IMG/VR virus record: IMGVR_UViG_3300025000_000132
Span: 1 to 54,244 of that record
DNA length: 54,244 nucleotides
Source: a virus
Taxonomy: Duplodnaviria; Caudoviricetes
Strand: one strand, 5' to 3'
The first letter of the stretch is position 1. Every line of letters begins with the position of its first letter. A program made the translations under genes and the position numbers. Under the pieces are notes generated by a model. It was not told where the DNA came from. It saw only the letters and a program-made list of their open reading frames with translations, and did not search any database. Positions 1-9,300 of the stretch are shown in pieces.

Positions 1-435
1 GAGGTCGTCTTCGAGCAAGGTGTGATGGCTTGTCAGGTTCATACTAAAGGTGGTAGCGTGTTTGCGGAGAAATTGCAAGAGAAAAGTAACAGGATGATAC
101 TGGTTGAGGGATTTATTTGTGAGGGTTCTTGGGATGTGGCTGGGTTTACGGAAATTTGCAATAAAAACGGGGGGTTATATTTTTGGTAGGGAGATTTTTG
201 TAGTAAGTACGGGGGTTTACGTGTTTTTACTAAAATCTAAGGGGTTCGTGTCAGAAGGTATGAATTGAAGACGCCCTACCCTCCCGCCCAGCCCCCATCG
301 ACCCCTTCCCCGATATCACGGAGGCCCCTACCCCTATGCGCCCGGCGCCCCTGCATTGTCAAATGAAATTCCCTGATCTGATCCGAACCAGGCGCAGCGA
401 CCTGGCAAGTATACCTGTGCAACCGATCTGAGAAA

Positions 436-503
436 GTAAACCCTATCTCCTGAGTAAACCCAATATCATTGTAAACCGAGCAACGAATTAAAAGAGTAAA
501 CCC
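436..503 (+). repeat. Four GTAAACC(C/G) direct repeats, putative operator array
   Basis: Copies at 436, 454, 471 and 496; inverted copies GGGTTTAC at 142 and 213. Confidence 0.75.
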
Positions 504-516
504 TGTCACTTTTCCC

Positions 517-545
517 TTGCATCATTATGTTACATCGAATAAGAT
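517..545 (+). promoter_or_regulatory. Sigma70-like early promoter
   Basis: TTGCAT (517-522), 17 nt spacer, TAAGAT (540-545), upstream of the first rightward gene. Confidence 0.55.
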
Positions 546-594
546 TAATTATAGAGATTGATTGAGAATAACTCAACTTAAGGAGATGGACATT

Positions 595-783
595 ATGAGA
601 AAAGCATATCTAAAGCGAGACATAAACGAAATGAGAACGGCTAAACGGATTTACTGGCGGAACTGCTGGCGGATAGTAGACGAAAAGGGAAACGATGTTG
701 TAGTTCCTTGGTCTTGGACAAAGAAAGAAGCAAGGGAAACCTGCAAAGCACTCAACATTGAACTGATAGGCGAAATTAAATAA
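595..783 (+). CDS. Small early hypothetical protein
   Basis: AAGGAG at 580-585 before ATG 595. Confidence 0.65.
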   Translation: MRKAYLKRDINEMRTAKRIYWRNCWRIVDEKGNDVVVPWSWTKKEARETCKALNIELIGEIK

Positions 784-982
784 CCTCAAACTCCCGAACC
801 GGGCGGGATATCCCGGCAAAGGCGGAGAAGATGAAAACCAAGAAAAGAATACCGAAAACCAGACACCTTTATTCAAATGTTAAGTGTGGCGTTTGTGGAT
901 GCAGAATAGACAAGGAACATCTGACAACTATGAAACCATCAGATACAAGAATAACCCTTTGCCGTTACTGTGCGGTGTAATT

Positions 983-1099
983 ATGAAAGCCCTAGTCTGC
1001 ATACTCTTAGCCATTCTAATCTATGCCGGACACCTGGCAATTATCAAAGTGTCCGCGCTTATTGAACCAATAACCTTAGCTCTTGAGGTGATGAAATGA
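983..1099 (+). CDS. Small membrane protein
   Basis: MKALVCILLAILIYAG hydrophobic stretch; stop overlaps next ATG. Confidence 0.45.
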   Translation: MKALVCILLAILIYAGHLAIIKVSALIEPITLALEVMK

Positions 1100-1464
1100 A
1101 AACAATTAAAGGACTGATAATGTGTGACTGTGGTCATCTTGAAAGCGAGCATTCCGAGCATACAAGCGGATACGGCACTAACTCCGAAACAGGTAAAACG
1201 TCCTGCTATAAATGCTGTGTTAAGCAGGACATTAACTACCTACAAAAGCATGGAAAACTGACTGCTTATGTGTCGAGTGATTGTAAAAGCGTAACCTCTT
1301 GGCCCGGCGAAACCCTGGCAAAAATCATAGGCTATCACACTGTAGACTTTGGATACTGCAAAAATCAAATGTCATTCAATGCAGAGATGTCAGACGGCAC
1401 GAAATTAGTTGGTCGCGGCCCCGGACCTGGAATGTATTGCAGACTGCGGAGGATTAAATCATGA
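1096..1464 (+). CDS. Hypothetical protein, Cys/His-rich N-terminus
   Basis: 122-aa ORF, GAGG upstream, CDCGH and CYKCC motifs. Confidence 0.65.
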   Translation: MKTIKGLIMCDCGHLESEHSEHTSGYGTNSETGKTSCYKCCVKQDINYLQKHGKLTAYVSSDCKSVTSWPGETLAKIIGYHTVDFGYCKNQMSFNAEMSDGTKLVGRGPGPGMYCRLRRIKS

Positions 1465-1576
1465 GAACAAACCTTATGCGGCAAGCGCTCTCTAAGTTGT
1501 TATCCGAACCTGGGTATTATCGGTTGAGTATTTCGGCTCGGTTGCAGGTTGTTCACTTTTACATTTTTGAGGTGAT

Positions 1577-1759
1577 ATGATGGAAATGACGAACGAAGAA
1601 AGACTAGCAATAGCTAATATGAAAAGGTGGCAACCATTCCGTGTTGTATGGGGAATGATAAACAAAGACACTGGGAAATTTTCTTTGCACGCCAACACAA
1701 CCGACCGCCCGATGTATAAAGCCGCAAAAGCTGGACACGTAGTAATACATGTAAAATAA
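1577..1759 (+). CDS. Small hypothetical protein
   Basis: GAGGTG upstream; colinear with early genes. Confidence 0.55.
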   Translation: MMEMTNEERLAIANMKRWQPFRVVWGMINKDTGKFSLHANTTDRPMYKAAKAGHVVIHVK

Positions 1760-1831
1760 TGGAAAAGCAAACCAGCATGCCCCGGTTCGCCGGGCCTTGT
1801 GTTAAAATCAAAAATTAAAGAGGGGAATATT

Positions 1832-2110
1832 ATGCAGCGAGTAACTAAGAAAGACCTTGAAATGGTTGTGGCCCGGATCAACAAAGTAACCGGCAATCCT
1901 GAGACCACATACACCAGGAAAGACGGAACCTATCAGGCGAACCCTGGTTGTTATCATCTGAGCTGGGCCTATGGCGGAGTATGCCTGGAGCAGATGAGCA
2001 ATGAAGGCGGAGGAGTGCGAACCGTACTTTATACAGGCTACACGACAAAGGGACGGCTTATGACGGCAATGCAGGCATACCTGAAAGGGCTGGAGGAGGG
2101 GAGCAAGTAA
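1832..2110 (+). CDS. Phage hypothetical protein
   Basis: GAGGGG RBS before ATG 1832 (MQRVTKKDLE). Confidence 0.7.
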   Translation: MQRVTKKDLEMVVARINKVTGNPETTYTRKDGTYQANPGCYHLSWAYGGVCLEQMSNEGGGVRTVLYTGYTTKGRLMTAMQAYLKGLEEGSK

Positions 2111-2890
2111 CAATTTGATACCTAAAACATGCAGGCCCGAAGACCTAAAAACCAAAGACCTGCATGTTTTGAGTAGTGAATTGTTACAAAGGATGTAACA
2201 GGAGTATACATCTGTAGTAACATTCTGATACATAAAAAGTAACAAAACTATACTGCCGCTAGGAGGTCAAACACTAGCGAGGGAGCAGAATTGAGTTAGG
2301 AAAGTGCGGATCGGGCCACGTCTGAGATGATTTTTATCTGAAAAAATTTTGGTGTTTTACTGAAAAAATGTAAACCAAAATAAATCTTACCACTAAATGT
2401 TACAGGAAAAAGGAGAGAAAAGCCGGAGGAGATGGAGCAGGAAAAACGCGATTTCCGCAGGTTTTAGTGTAACATTTAGTGGTAAGAATTTGATTTGCAG
2501 GAGGTCAAATATGGAAAAATCAGGCGAAAACAGCGTTTTTCTGTTGCATAGTTTACAAAAAGAAGGTATTTTCTCCACCACATTGTGGCAGAGCCAAGTT
2601 CCAGCCAAGTGAAGAAAATCGAATAAAATCGTACCCCTTATATTATACTTATTAAATAATATATATATATATAGTAAATAAATAGATAAACACTGCCTAC
2701 GCAAGCGCAAACTTACCACTTTATGTTACATTTGCCTGACAGTGGCAGCAACCGCAACCCCGTACCAATGTAACATAAAGTGGCAAAAAAACATTAAGTC
2801 AGAGTATGATTTTCTTTTTTAACAATGATTTTTCTAGTCTTCCCACCTATCTACTGGGAACCACTACAAAAATAAAAAAATCATACATTT
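2111..2890. other. AT-rich non-coding region with several perfect inverted repeats, candidate replication origin
   Basis: IRs 2124-2135/2159-2170 (12 bp), 2385-2404/2468-2487 (20 bp), 2716-2732/2767-2783 (17 bp); AT tract about 2640-2690. Confidence 0.55.
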
Positions 2891-2904
2891 CAAAAGTAAA
2901 CCGC

Positions 2905-2934
2905 TTGACAATTGCCTCTAAACCAGTATATTAT
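2905..2934 (+). promoter_or_regulatory. Sigma70-like promoter
   Basis: TTGACA 2905-2910 and TATATT/TATTAT at 2927-2934; AAGGAGG RBS follows. Confidence 0.7.
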
Positions 2935-2956
2935 TGATACATAAGGAGGAAAAACC

Positions 2957-3349
2957 ATGGAACCGCAAGAATTGAAGCAAATAAGAGAAGGAATCGGCTG
3001 GACAATAAAACACGCCGCCGCGCAATTCCATCGCCCTGTCACCATCTGGCGTAATTATGAATCAGGCCGCACCGCAATACCTTGGGCCGTAGAGGAGTTT
3101 ATGGACATGAAAGCATCTATTGACCTGCCAAAGATTAAACTTGAACCCCGCGCAACTCCCGCGCACCTGACGGCCTTCCGCCAAGCCTTCCACCTGACCC
3201 AGGAAAAAGCCTCCGCCCTTCTTGGTGTCTCCCGGATCACCTGGAACCGCTGGGAGCGTAACCAGACCGCGATCCCGAAACATATGCTTCACACTCTGCG
3301 GGGCATGGTCGCGCAACTCAAATCCGAACAACAGGAGCCCAAACCATGA
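2957..3349 (+). CDS. Tandem XRE-family HTH regulator
   Basis: Two HTH units: LKQIREGIGWTIKHAA..WRNYESGRTAIP and LTAFRQAFHLTQEKAS..WNRWERNQTAIP. Confidence 0.8.
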   Translation: MEPQELKQIREGIGWTIKHAAAQFHRPVTIWRNYESGRTAIPWAVEEFMDMKASIDLPKIKLEPRATPAHLTAFRQAFHLTQEKASALLGVSRITWNRWERNQTAIPKHMLHTLRGMVAQLKSEQQEPKP

Positions 3350-3787
3350 ACATCATCGACACCAGAGACCTTTACAAGAGACAGTGCGAACTTCAAAGCG
3401 AGCTGGAAAGCCTCCAGGATGCCGTCAGCGACGCGCAAGAGGATTATGAAGCTGAGTAACGGCCCCGACGCCCAAGGATTCAGCTACGAGCACCAGGAGG
3501 CAGAGAAAGCCCTCTCCGACTGGCAATCCGAATATCAGGAAGAACTCGACGAACTCAACGCCCTTGAGTCCGAAGTCGGTAGGGAGTGGATGCACGGCGA
3601 GTCACTGATACCGGCTGACGGCTTTGCCGACTACGCCCGAGACCTGGCGGAAGACTTGCACGGCAACGCCATAAGGGACGCAGCATGGCCTTTCGACTAT
3701 ATCGACTGGGAAGCCGCCGTTGACGACCTGGAAAGCGATTACTCTACCTGTGAATACCAGGGCAAAACTTACCTGTTCAGAAGCTAA
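3346..3787 (+). CDS. Acidic ArdA-like (DNA-mimic antirestriction-like) protein, split by a frameshift
   Basis: RBS-led 37-aa ORF 3346-3459 continues in the +1 frame into a very acidic ORF ending YIDWEAAVDDLESDY..YLFRS. Confidence 0.5.
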
Positions 3788-3815
3788 CTCTTAAAAATCG
3801 CACAGGAGAAAAATC

Positions 3816-3974
3816 ATGAACACCGACGACCTTAAAGCATTGGTAGATGAGATAGCCGCAGACGCACCGGAAAACTTCGTAATTGTGGACGGCAACGGGA
3901 AAGAGATAAATGCTTTCTATATCTCCTACGCCACTGGTGCAATCGTTATTGAACACGACCCTGAAGACGCTTGA
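3816..3974 (+). CDS. Small acidic hypothetical protein (52 aa, not in ORF track)
   Basis: AGGAG RBS, MNTDDLKALVDEIA.. Confidence 0.6.
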   Translation: MNTDDLKALVDEIAADAPENFVIVDGNGKEINAFYISYATGAIVIEHDPEDA

Positions 3975-4056
3975 GCCGCCCGGCTCCTGGGGAGGGACAC
4001 GCGCCCTCCTCGGCGGCGAGGCAGCACAGACAAAAATTAAACAGGAGGGTAAAACC

Positions 4057-4224
4057 ATGACACACGAAGAAATTGAGAACAGACTTAATGAGGTATTCGC
4101 CAGCTCACCTTGGAACGAGGACAGGAACTATCCACTTGAGGACTGGATTTATGAGGTACGCAACGGCGACACCCGGCAAGGCTACCGAGGCTGGCTGTAT
4201 AATCGCTACGCTAACGAGGACTGA
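4057..4224 (+). CDS. Small hypothetical protein
   Basis: AGGAGG RBS before ATG 4057. Confidence 0.6.
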   Translation: MTHEEIENRLNEVFASSPWNEDRNYPLEDWIYEVRNGDTRQGYRGWLYNRYANED

Positions 4225-4227
4225 TCC

Positions 4228-4638
4228 ATGCCCAAACCCTCAACAGTAGCAGACATATTCGAGCAGCTAAGGACGCACGGCACCGTGCCGTGGCAGGATG
4301 AGGATAAACCAGAGGAGGAAAAAGATATGACCTACACCGACGCAGACGTTGACAAGTTACTGGACGCACTCGAAGCAAAGCAAGCCCCTCATCAGCAAGC
4401 GAAGCTCCAGCCATACACGGTCCTGATGATCACACCTGACTACCTGTCCAGCGCTTACGGGCACGACTCATATTGTGCCTGGGTAGAAGCTGAGAACGTC
4501 GAGCAGGCGCAACTGAGAGGCCAGGAGGATGCTGTTAAGGAACTCACCGACCCCGACGACACGGACCCGAGCCGCCCCGAAGACTTTTTCATCGTCTTTG
4601 TCTGCAACGGTCACGTTGAAGATATTAAAACTTGGTAA
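4228..4638 (+). CDS. Acidic hypothetical protein (alternative start 4327)
   Basis: ORF track; GAGGAGG upstream of ATG 4327. Confidence 0.6.
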   Translation: MPKPSTVADIFEQLRTHGTVPWQDEDKPEEEKDMTYTDADVDKLLDALEAKQAPHQQAKLQPYTVLMITPDYLSSAYGHDSYCAWVEAENVEQAQLRGQEDAVKELTDPDDTDPSRPEDFFIVFVCNGHVEDIKTW

Positions 4639-4648
4639 GGAGGATAAA

Positions 4649-4834
4649 ATGAGCAAATACGTAACATACAAAGTATGGGTTTCTATTGAGCGTTGCGATG
4701 AGGAGGATGACGACTACGGCAACGAAGGCGAGCCGGTAGAACTAGCGGAATGCTCCACACTGGCAGAGGCTGAGGATCTTGTCGAGATTATTTCCGATAA
4801 GTTTGCGTCTCCGTCTGGCTGGATGGAGGGTTGA
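4649..4834 (+). CDS. Small acidic hypothetical protein
   Basis: AAGGAGG RBS before ATG 4649. Confidence 0.65.
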   Translation: MSKYVTYKVWVSIERCDEEDDDYGNEGEPVELAECSTLAEAEDLVEIISDKFASPSGWMEG

Positions 4835-4964
4835 CCTATGAAATCCCTACTCCTCTACGCTGCAGCCGCGTCCCTGATAGCCGCCATGTCCTTCGCTTTC
4901 ATCCGCACCCTGCCGAAGGCCATAGACAAACTCACCCAGCACCAGACCGAGATGAATGTGACTT

Positions 4965-5336
4965 ATGACAACGCCCAGTATTAAGCCAACCCGTGTCATC
5001 CGCCCACCCCGCCGTATCACCCTGCCCTCCGGCCAGAAGACCTACGAGCTTGACTGTGATGACGGCAAGAGCTACACCTCGGGCGACCTGGCGGTCCTCA
5101 TCGGCCTAGCGAGCGGTGCCAGCCTGGTGCAGCGCATGGCCCGGATGGGCTGGGACAGCTCGACCCTCCTCGCCCCTCCTGCCAAAAGAGGGTTCTCCCT
5201 CACCGGCGAGGCGGCTAAAAACGCCGGCAGTGCTGAGTGGGCCGCGCTGTCAGGTAAAGACAGGAGTGCAAACTTATGGAAAATTCCTGCCGCTGGGACG
5301 TTTGAATTAACTTTATCTTGCAGCGGCGACCGATAA
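4965..5336 (+). CDS. Hypothetical protein, possible DNA-binding
   Basis: ORF colinear with neighbours; HTH-like YTSGDLAVLIGL..SLVQRM segment. Confidence 0.5.
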   Translation: MTTPSIKPTRVIRPPRRITLPSGQKTYELDCDDGKSYTSGDLAVLIGLASGASLVQRMARMGWDSSTLLAPPAKRGFSLTGEAAKNAGSAEWAALSGKDRSANLWKIPAAGTFELTLSCSGDR

Positions 5337-5380
5337 ACTGTAAACTGAGTCACATTAACCACTACTTTAAGGAGGTCACC

Positions 5381-5791
5381 ATGAGCACACGTAGCCTGAC
5401 AATTTTCAAAGACAGCGGAAAAGAGATAGCCGTTATGTACAAGCACTACGACGGATATCCAGAGGGGCACGGTAAGGATCTCGCTAAGTTCCTGACAGGC
5501 ATGAAGATCGTAAACGGCATAAGCGGGAAAGAGCCGCCGAAATTCGCCAACGGTATGGGCTGTCTGGCTGCCCAGGTTATTGCTCACTTCAAAACTGAGC
5601 CGGGAGATGTGGCGATATTGCCACCAGGTACCAGGGACTGTTGGGAAGAGTATGTCTACGTTATTTCCGGCGAGACCGGAGACATTGAGCCCACGCTAAC
5701 AGTAGAGGGATATAAAAAACCTGTTTTTGAGGATAAAGTAAGCCAGTTTCCAGCATTCCTGGAGAAACTGCGAGAAGAGGAGGACGAGTAA
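5381..5791 (+). CDS. Conserved phage hypothetical protein (YxHxDGYP family)
   Basis: AAGGAGG RBS; MSTRSL..MYKHYDGYPEGHG motif. Confidence 0.75.
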   Translation: MSTRSLTIFKDSGKEIAVMYKHYDGYPEGHGKDLAKFLTGMKIVNGISGKEPPKFANGMGCLAAQVIAHFKTEPGDVAILPPGTRDCWEEYVYVISGETGDIEPTLTVEGYKKPVFEDKVSQFPAFLEKLREEEDE

Positions 5792-5921
5792 AATGAAAAC
5801 CTACGACGAAGACACCCCGCTCGACGGCCTGTCAACAAAAGAAAAACTCGCCTGGTTCTGTTTCACCATCGCCTGGGCTGGGTTTATCTGTGGAATTTTT
5901 GCTTGGTTGGGGAGGTAGAGA

Positions 5922-6116
5922 ATGCAGATTGTAAACAACAGACAGAACATGGCCAGCGCCATACAGAACGCATACCTCGGACATGGCAGGACTATCGCCC
6001 TTGAAGGTACGAATTTCACACTTACCATGCCGCCTTTTGCCCGACGCAAAGACCTTAAAACCATCCTCCAGCGCGTGGAGAAGTCCGCCCGCAGACTCTG
6101 GGAGCCTCGCACATGA
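5922..6116 (+). CDS. Small hypothetical protein
   Basis: GGAGG RBS; ATGA overlap with next gene. Confidence 0.55.
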   Translation: MQIVNNRQNMASAIQNAYLGHGRTIALEGTNFTLTMPPFARRKDLKTILQRVEKSARRLWEPRT

Positions 6117-6304
6117 CCCCCGAACAGATCAAATTCATTCGCACCACCCTCGGGCGGACCCAGCAGGACATGGCCAAGATCCTCGGGGTCTCCGTCAGTG
6201 TCTGGCAACTCTGGGAGTCGGGTGCTGGCGGACCGAAGCCGGAGAACATGACCAAACTTCTGAAGCTCCACCACCACGTGGTGGGGCGGGAGGGGAGGGG
6301 ATGA
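6113..6304 (+). CDS. XRE-family HTH protein
   Basis: MTPEQIKFIRTTLGRTQQDMAKILGVSVSVWQLWESG. Confidence 0.85.
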   Translation: MTPEQIKFIRTTLGRTQQDMAKILGVSVSVWQLWESGAGGPKPENMTKLLKLHHHVVGREGRG

Positions 6305-9300
6305 TCAAAGTAGTCCTTGATTGGGAAACCGCCTACGGCAAGCACCCAGCGACGCAGGAGAATATCACCCTATCAAAGATGACAACGGAAGAGTATGTCC
6401 GTCATCCTCTCTTCAAAGTCCACGGCTTGGGGGTCAAAATAGAGCGTGAGCGAGCGTTTTATATCTACAAACGCGACGACCTCCTGCACTTCCTGAAGAC
6501 TCACCCCTGGCAGGAATCGTTCGTCGTCTGCCATCACACTCACTTTGATGGTGCCATACTCTCCTGGCGGGCAGGGATCAAACCGGCGTTCTGGGGCTGC
6601 ACCCTGAGCATGGCCCGCGCCCTCTACCCGCACGAGTCAGTAAGCCTAGCCAACATCGCCCGCCTGCTGCATCTCGGTGAGAAAGGGCATGAGCTGGTCA
6701 ACTTCATCAATCTCTGGGATCTGGCCGACGAGCAGCAACGCATACTCGGCGGCTACTGCTGCAACGACGTGGAGATGACCTCCGACGCCTTTGATGCGAT
6801 GAAGCGAAACTTTCCACCGTCAGAGCTGCGGTTGATCGATCTGACCATCCGCCTATTCACCGAGCCGGTGTTGCAGGTGGAGCGAGGCATTCTGATTGAG
6901 GAGTATAAACGTGAGCGCAGGAGCAAGCGGGCGTTGCTGAAGAAGTGCGCGACAGACAAGTCCGTGCTCGCTTCCAACGACCAGTTTGCAGCCCTGCTGC
7001 TGACCCTTGGCGTGGACCCACCGAAAAAACTCAGCCCTTCGAAAGTCAAGGACGGCAGGGTGGACCCGGACAACGCCGGGGAGCCGCCGCTTGGGATCTT
7101 GCCTTCCTTCAAAACTGCAGGGCTGCCGGTCGAGGACCGGGTGCGGATGAAAGAGGAGAAAAACTCCTACCCTTGGGCCTACGCCTTTGGCAAGAGCGAC
7201 GAGGAGTTTAAGATGCTCCTTGACCACCCGGACGAGCAGGTCCAGGCTGTAGTTGAGGCCCGCATGGGGATCAAATCGACGATCAAGGAAACCCGGAGTA
7301 AGCGGTTCTTCAAGATTGGCAAGCGCGGTGCGTTCCCGGTGTATCATAATTACTATGGAGCGAGGACCGGGCGAGACAGCGGCGGGGATAAACAGAACAC
7401 GACCAACCTGAACCGGGTCGATCCACGTGATCCGACCTCTGGCGCCCTGCGCCGCTCTCTCAATGCTCCTGAGAAGCACGTTCTCGTCGTGCGCGACCTT
7501 GGGCAGATCGAGGCCCGAAAGCTCTCTTACACTGCTGGTCAGGAAGACCTGTTGGATCTGTTCCGCGCCGGCGGCGACCCTTACAACCGGCAAGCGACAA
7601 AGATCTTCGGCTATGAAGTCAACCGCAAGCTTGATGAGTTCTGGCTTGAGGGGCTTGCTGGCAAGGCCTCTGTTCTCGGTTGCTTAGGTGGTGACACAAA
7701 GGTATTGACTAACCGAGGCTGGGTCGATATAGTATCCGTAAGAGCAACGGATACAGTATGGGACGGTGAAAGGTTCGTCACTCATGCTGGTGTCGTACCA
7801 AAAGGAGAACGAGAATGTCTGAAGGCTTTCGGAGTAACCATAACACCGGACCACGAAATCTTGACGGAAAGTTCGTGGCAGGAGTGGCAGTCGGTCCTTA
7901 CAAGCAGTTCCCTTTTCCAGTCGGCTTTGAGCAAGGCGAGCTTACAATCGTCGAATGGAGAGCAAAAAGAACAAACAACAGACCCGACGGGTGGCACCCG
8001 TGGTGCAGATGCTCTTGCGGCTGGGAGGGTTTTATATTACGGGATAATTTTCGCAGAGGGCTTTCAACGCGCTGCAACAACTGTGCAAAAAAAGCTACCG
8101 GAGTTTTTAAGAAAAACTACTTTGGCTACGCTTCCATTGTTGAGGACTCATACCACAGAGAGCGACTACTTAATAGAATATCTGCGTGCGTTCAAAGATG
8201 CCATAACCCGCGCAATAAACAGTATGATAACTACGGTGGCAGAGGAATTAAGGTGTACACACCTTGGCTTGAAGATAGGAAAGAATTTCTTGCTTACTTG
8301 TGTACTTTGCCCGACTGGGATGTTGCTCACTATGAACTCGATAGAGAAGACAATGACAAAGGGTACGAGCCGGGAAATCTTCGATTTGTACCATCACGCA
8401 AGAATGCAAGCAACAAAGGTTCCCTCGCCAAGTTACGAAAGCAGTACGCCCTTCTTGAAGTTGAAAACGCAGACTTACGACATCGCCTTCGCCGGGCCGA
8501 GGAACAGGTTCGCAATCTTAACAGACAAAGGTCCTTTGTTGGTGCATAATTGTGGGTACGGAATGGGTTGGTCGAAATTCCAGGAGAGCCTGCGGGTCGG
8601 GTTTATGGGGATGCCTTCTATAATCTTCGGAGCTAAGGAATCAGAAAAACTTGGTGCTGACATCGATACGTTTTGCCACCAGCGAAGCTACAAGCCCGGT
8701 TACGCCTTCCTGCGAGACGAAGCACTGGCGTTGAAACCGCTCAATGTTAACGAGGAAGCCCACCTCTGGCATTGCGCGGCAGTGAAGCAGATAGTGGATA
8801 AGTACCGGCAGAGCAACAAAGCGATTGTGGACTTCTGGGGTGAGGCACAGCGAGCGCTCGACGCAATAGTGCGGGGCGAGACCATTCCGGTAGGCAAACG
8901 TAACCTCGTCACTACCTGCCCCGAAGGGTTTCTTCTCCCTAACGGTATGAAAATCAGGTACTATAAACTGCAACGCAATGACAGCGGTGAGTTTCGCTAC
9001 CTCTCCAATAGGCGCAAGAACGAATGGTCGTACCTGTACGGCGGAAAGGCCGTTGAAAATATTATTCAGGCGCTGGCCCGTATCGTCCTTACTGACCAGA
9101 TGCTGGAGATCAACCGCTGGTTGAAACTGCAGCGGCAACGCGATGCTGGTAAGATATACTCAGTAGTGACCTCGACCTACGACGAAGTGGTATGCTGCGT
9201 CCCGTTCTACCGCGCCGACGACTGTCTGCAAATGATGAAGGAAGTCATGGCTACGGCGCCGGCATGGTGCCCGGACCTGCCGCTGAAGTCATCCGGTGGA

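Noticed and set aside
436-503. Possible mini CRISPR array
   Set aside because: Repeats are only 7-8 bp with 9-17 nt gaps, far too short, and there are no cas genes (the Cas4-like nuclease is a usual phage replication gene)
2393-2719. ORFs within the AT-rich palindromic region
   Set aside because: Low-complexity translations with no convincing RBS; the region is better explained as non-coding
5983-6300. N-terminal 106-aa extension of the polymerase ORF
   Set aside because: It overlaps two better genes (5922-6116 and the HTH at 6113-6304); the exonuclease motif begins right after ATG 6301, which has a G-rich RBS
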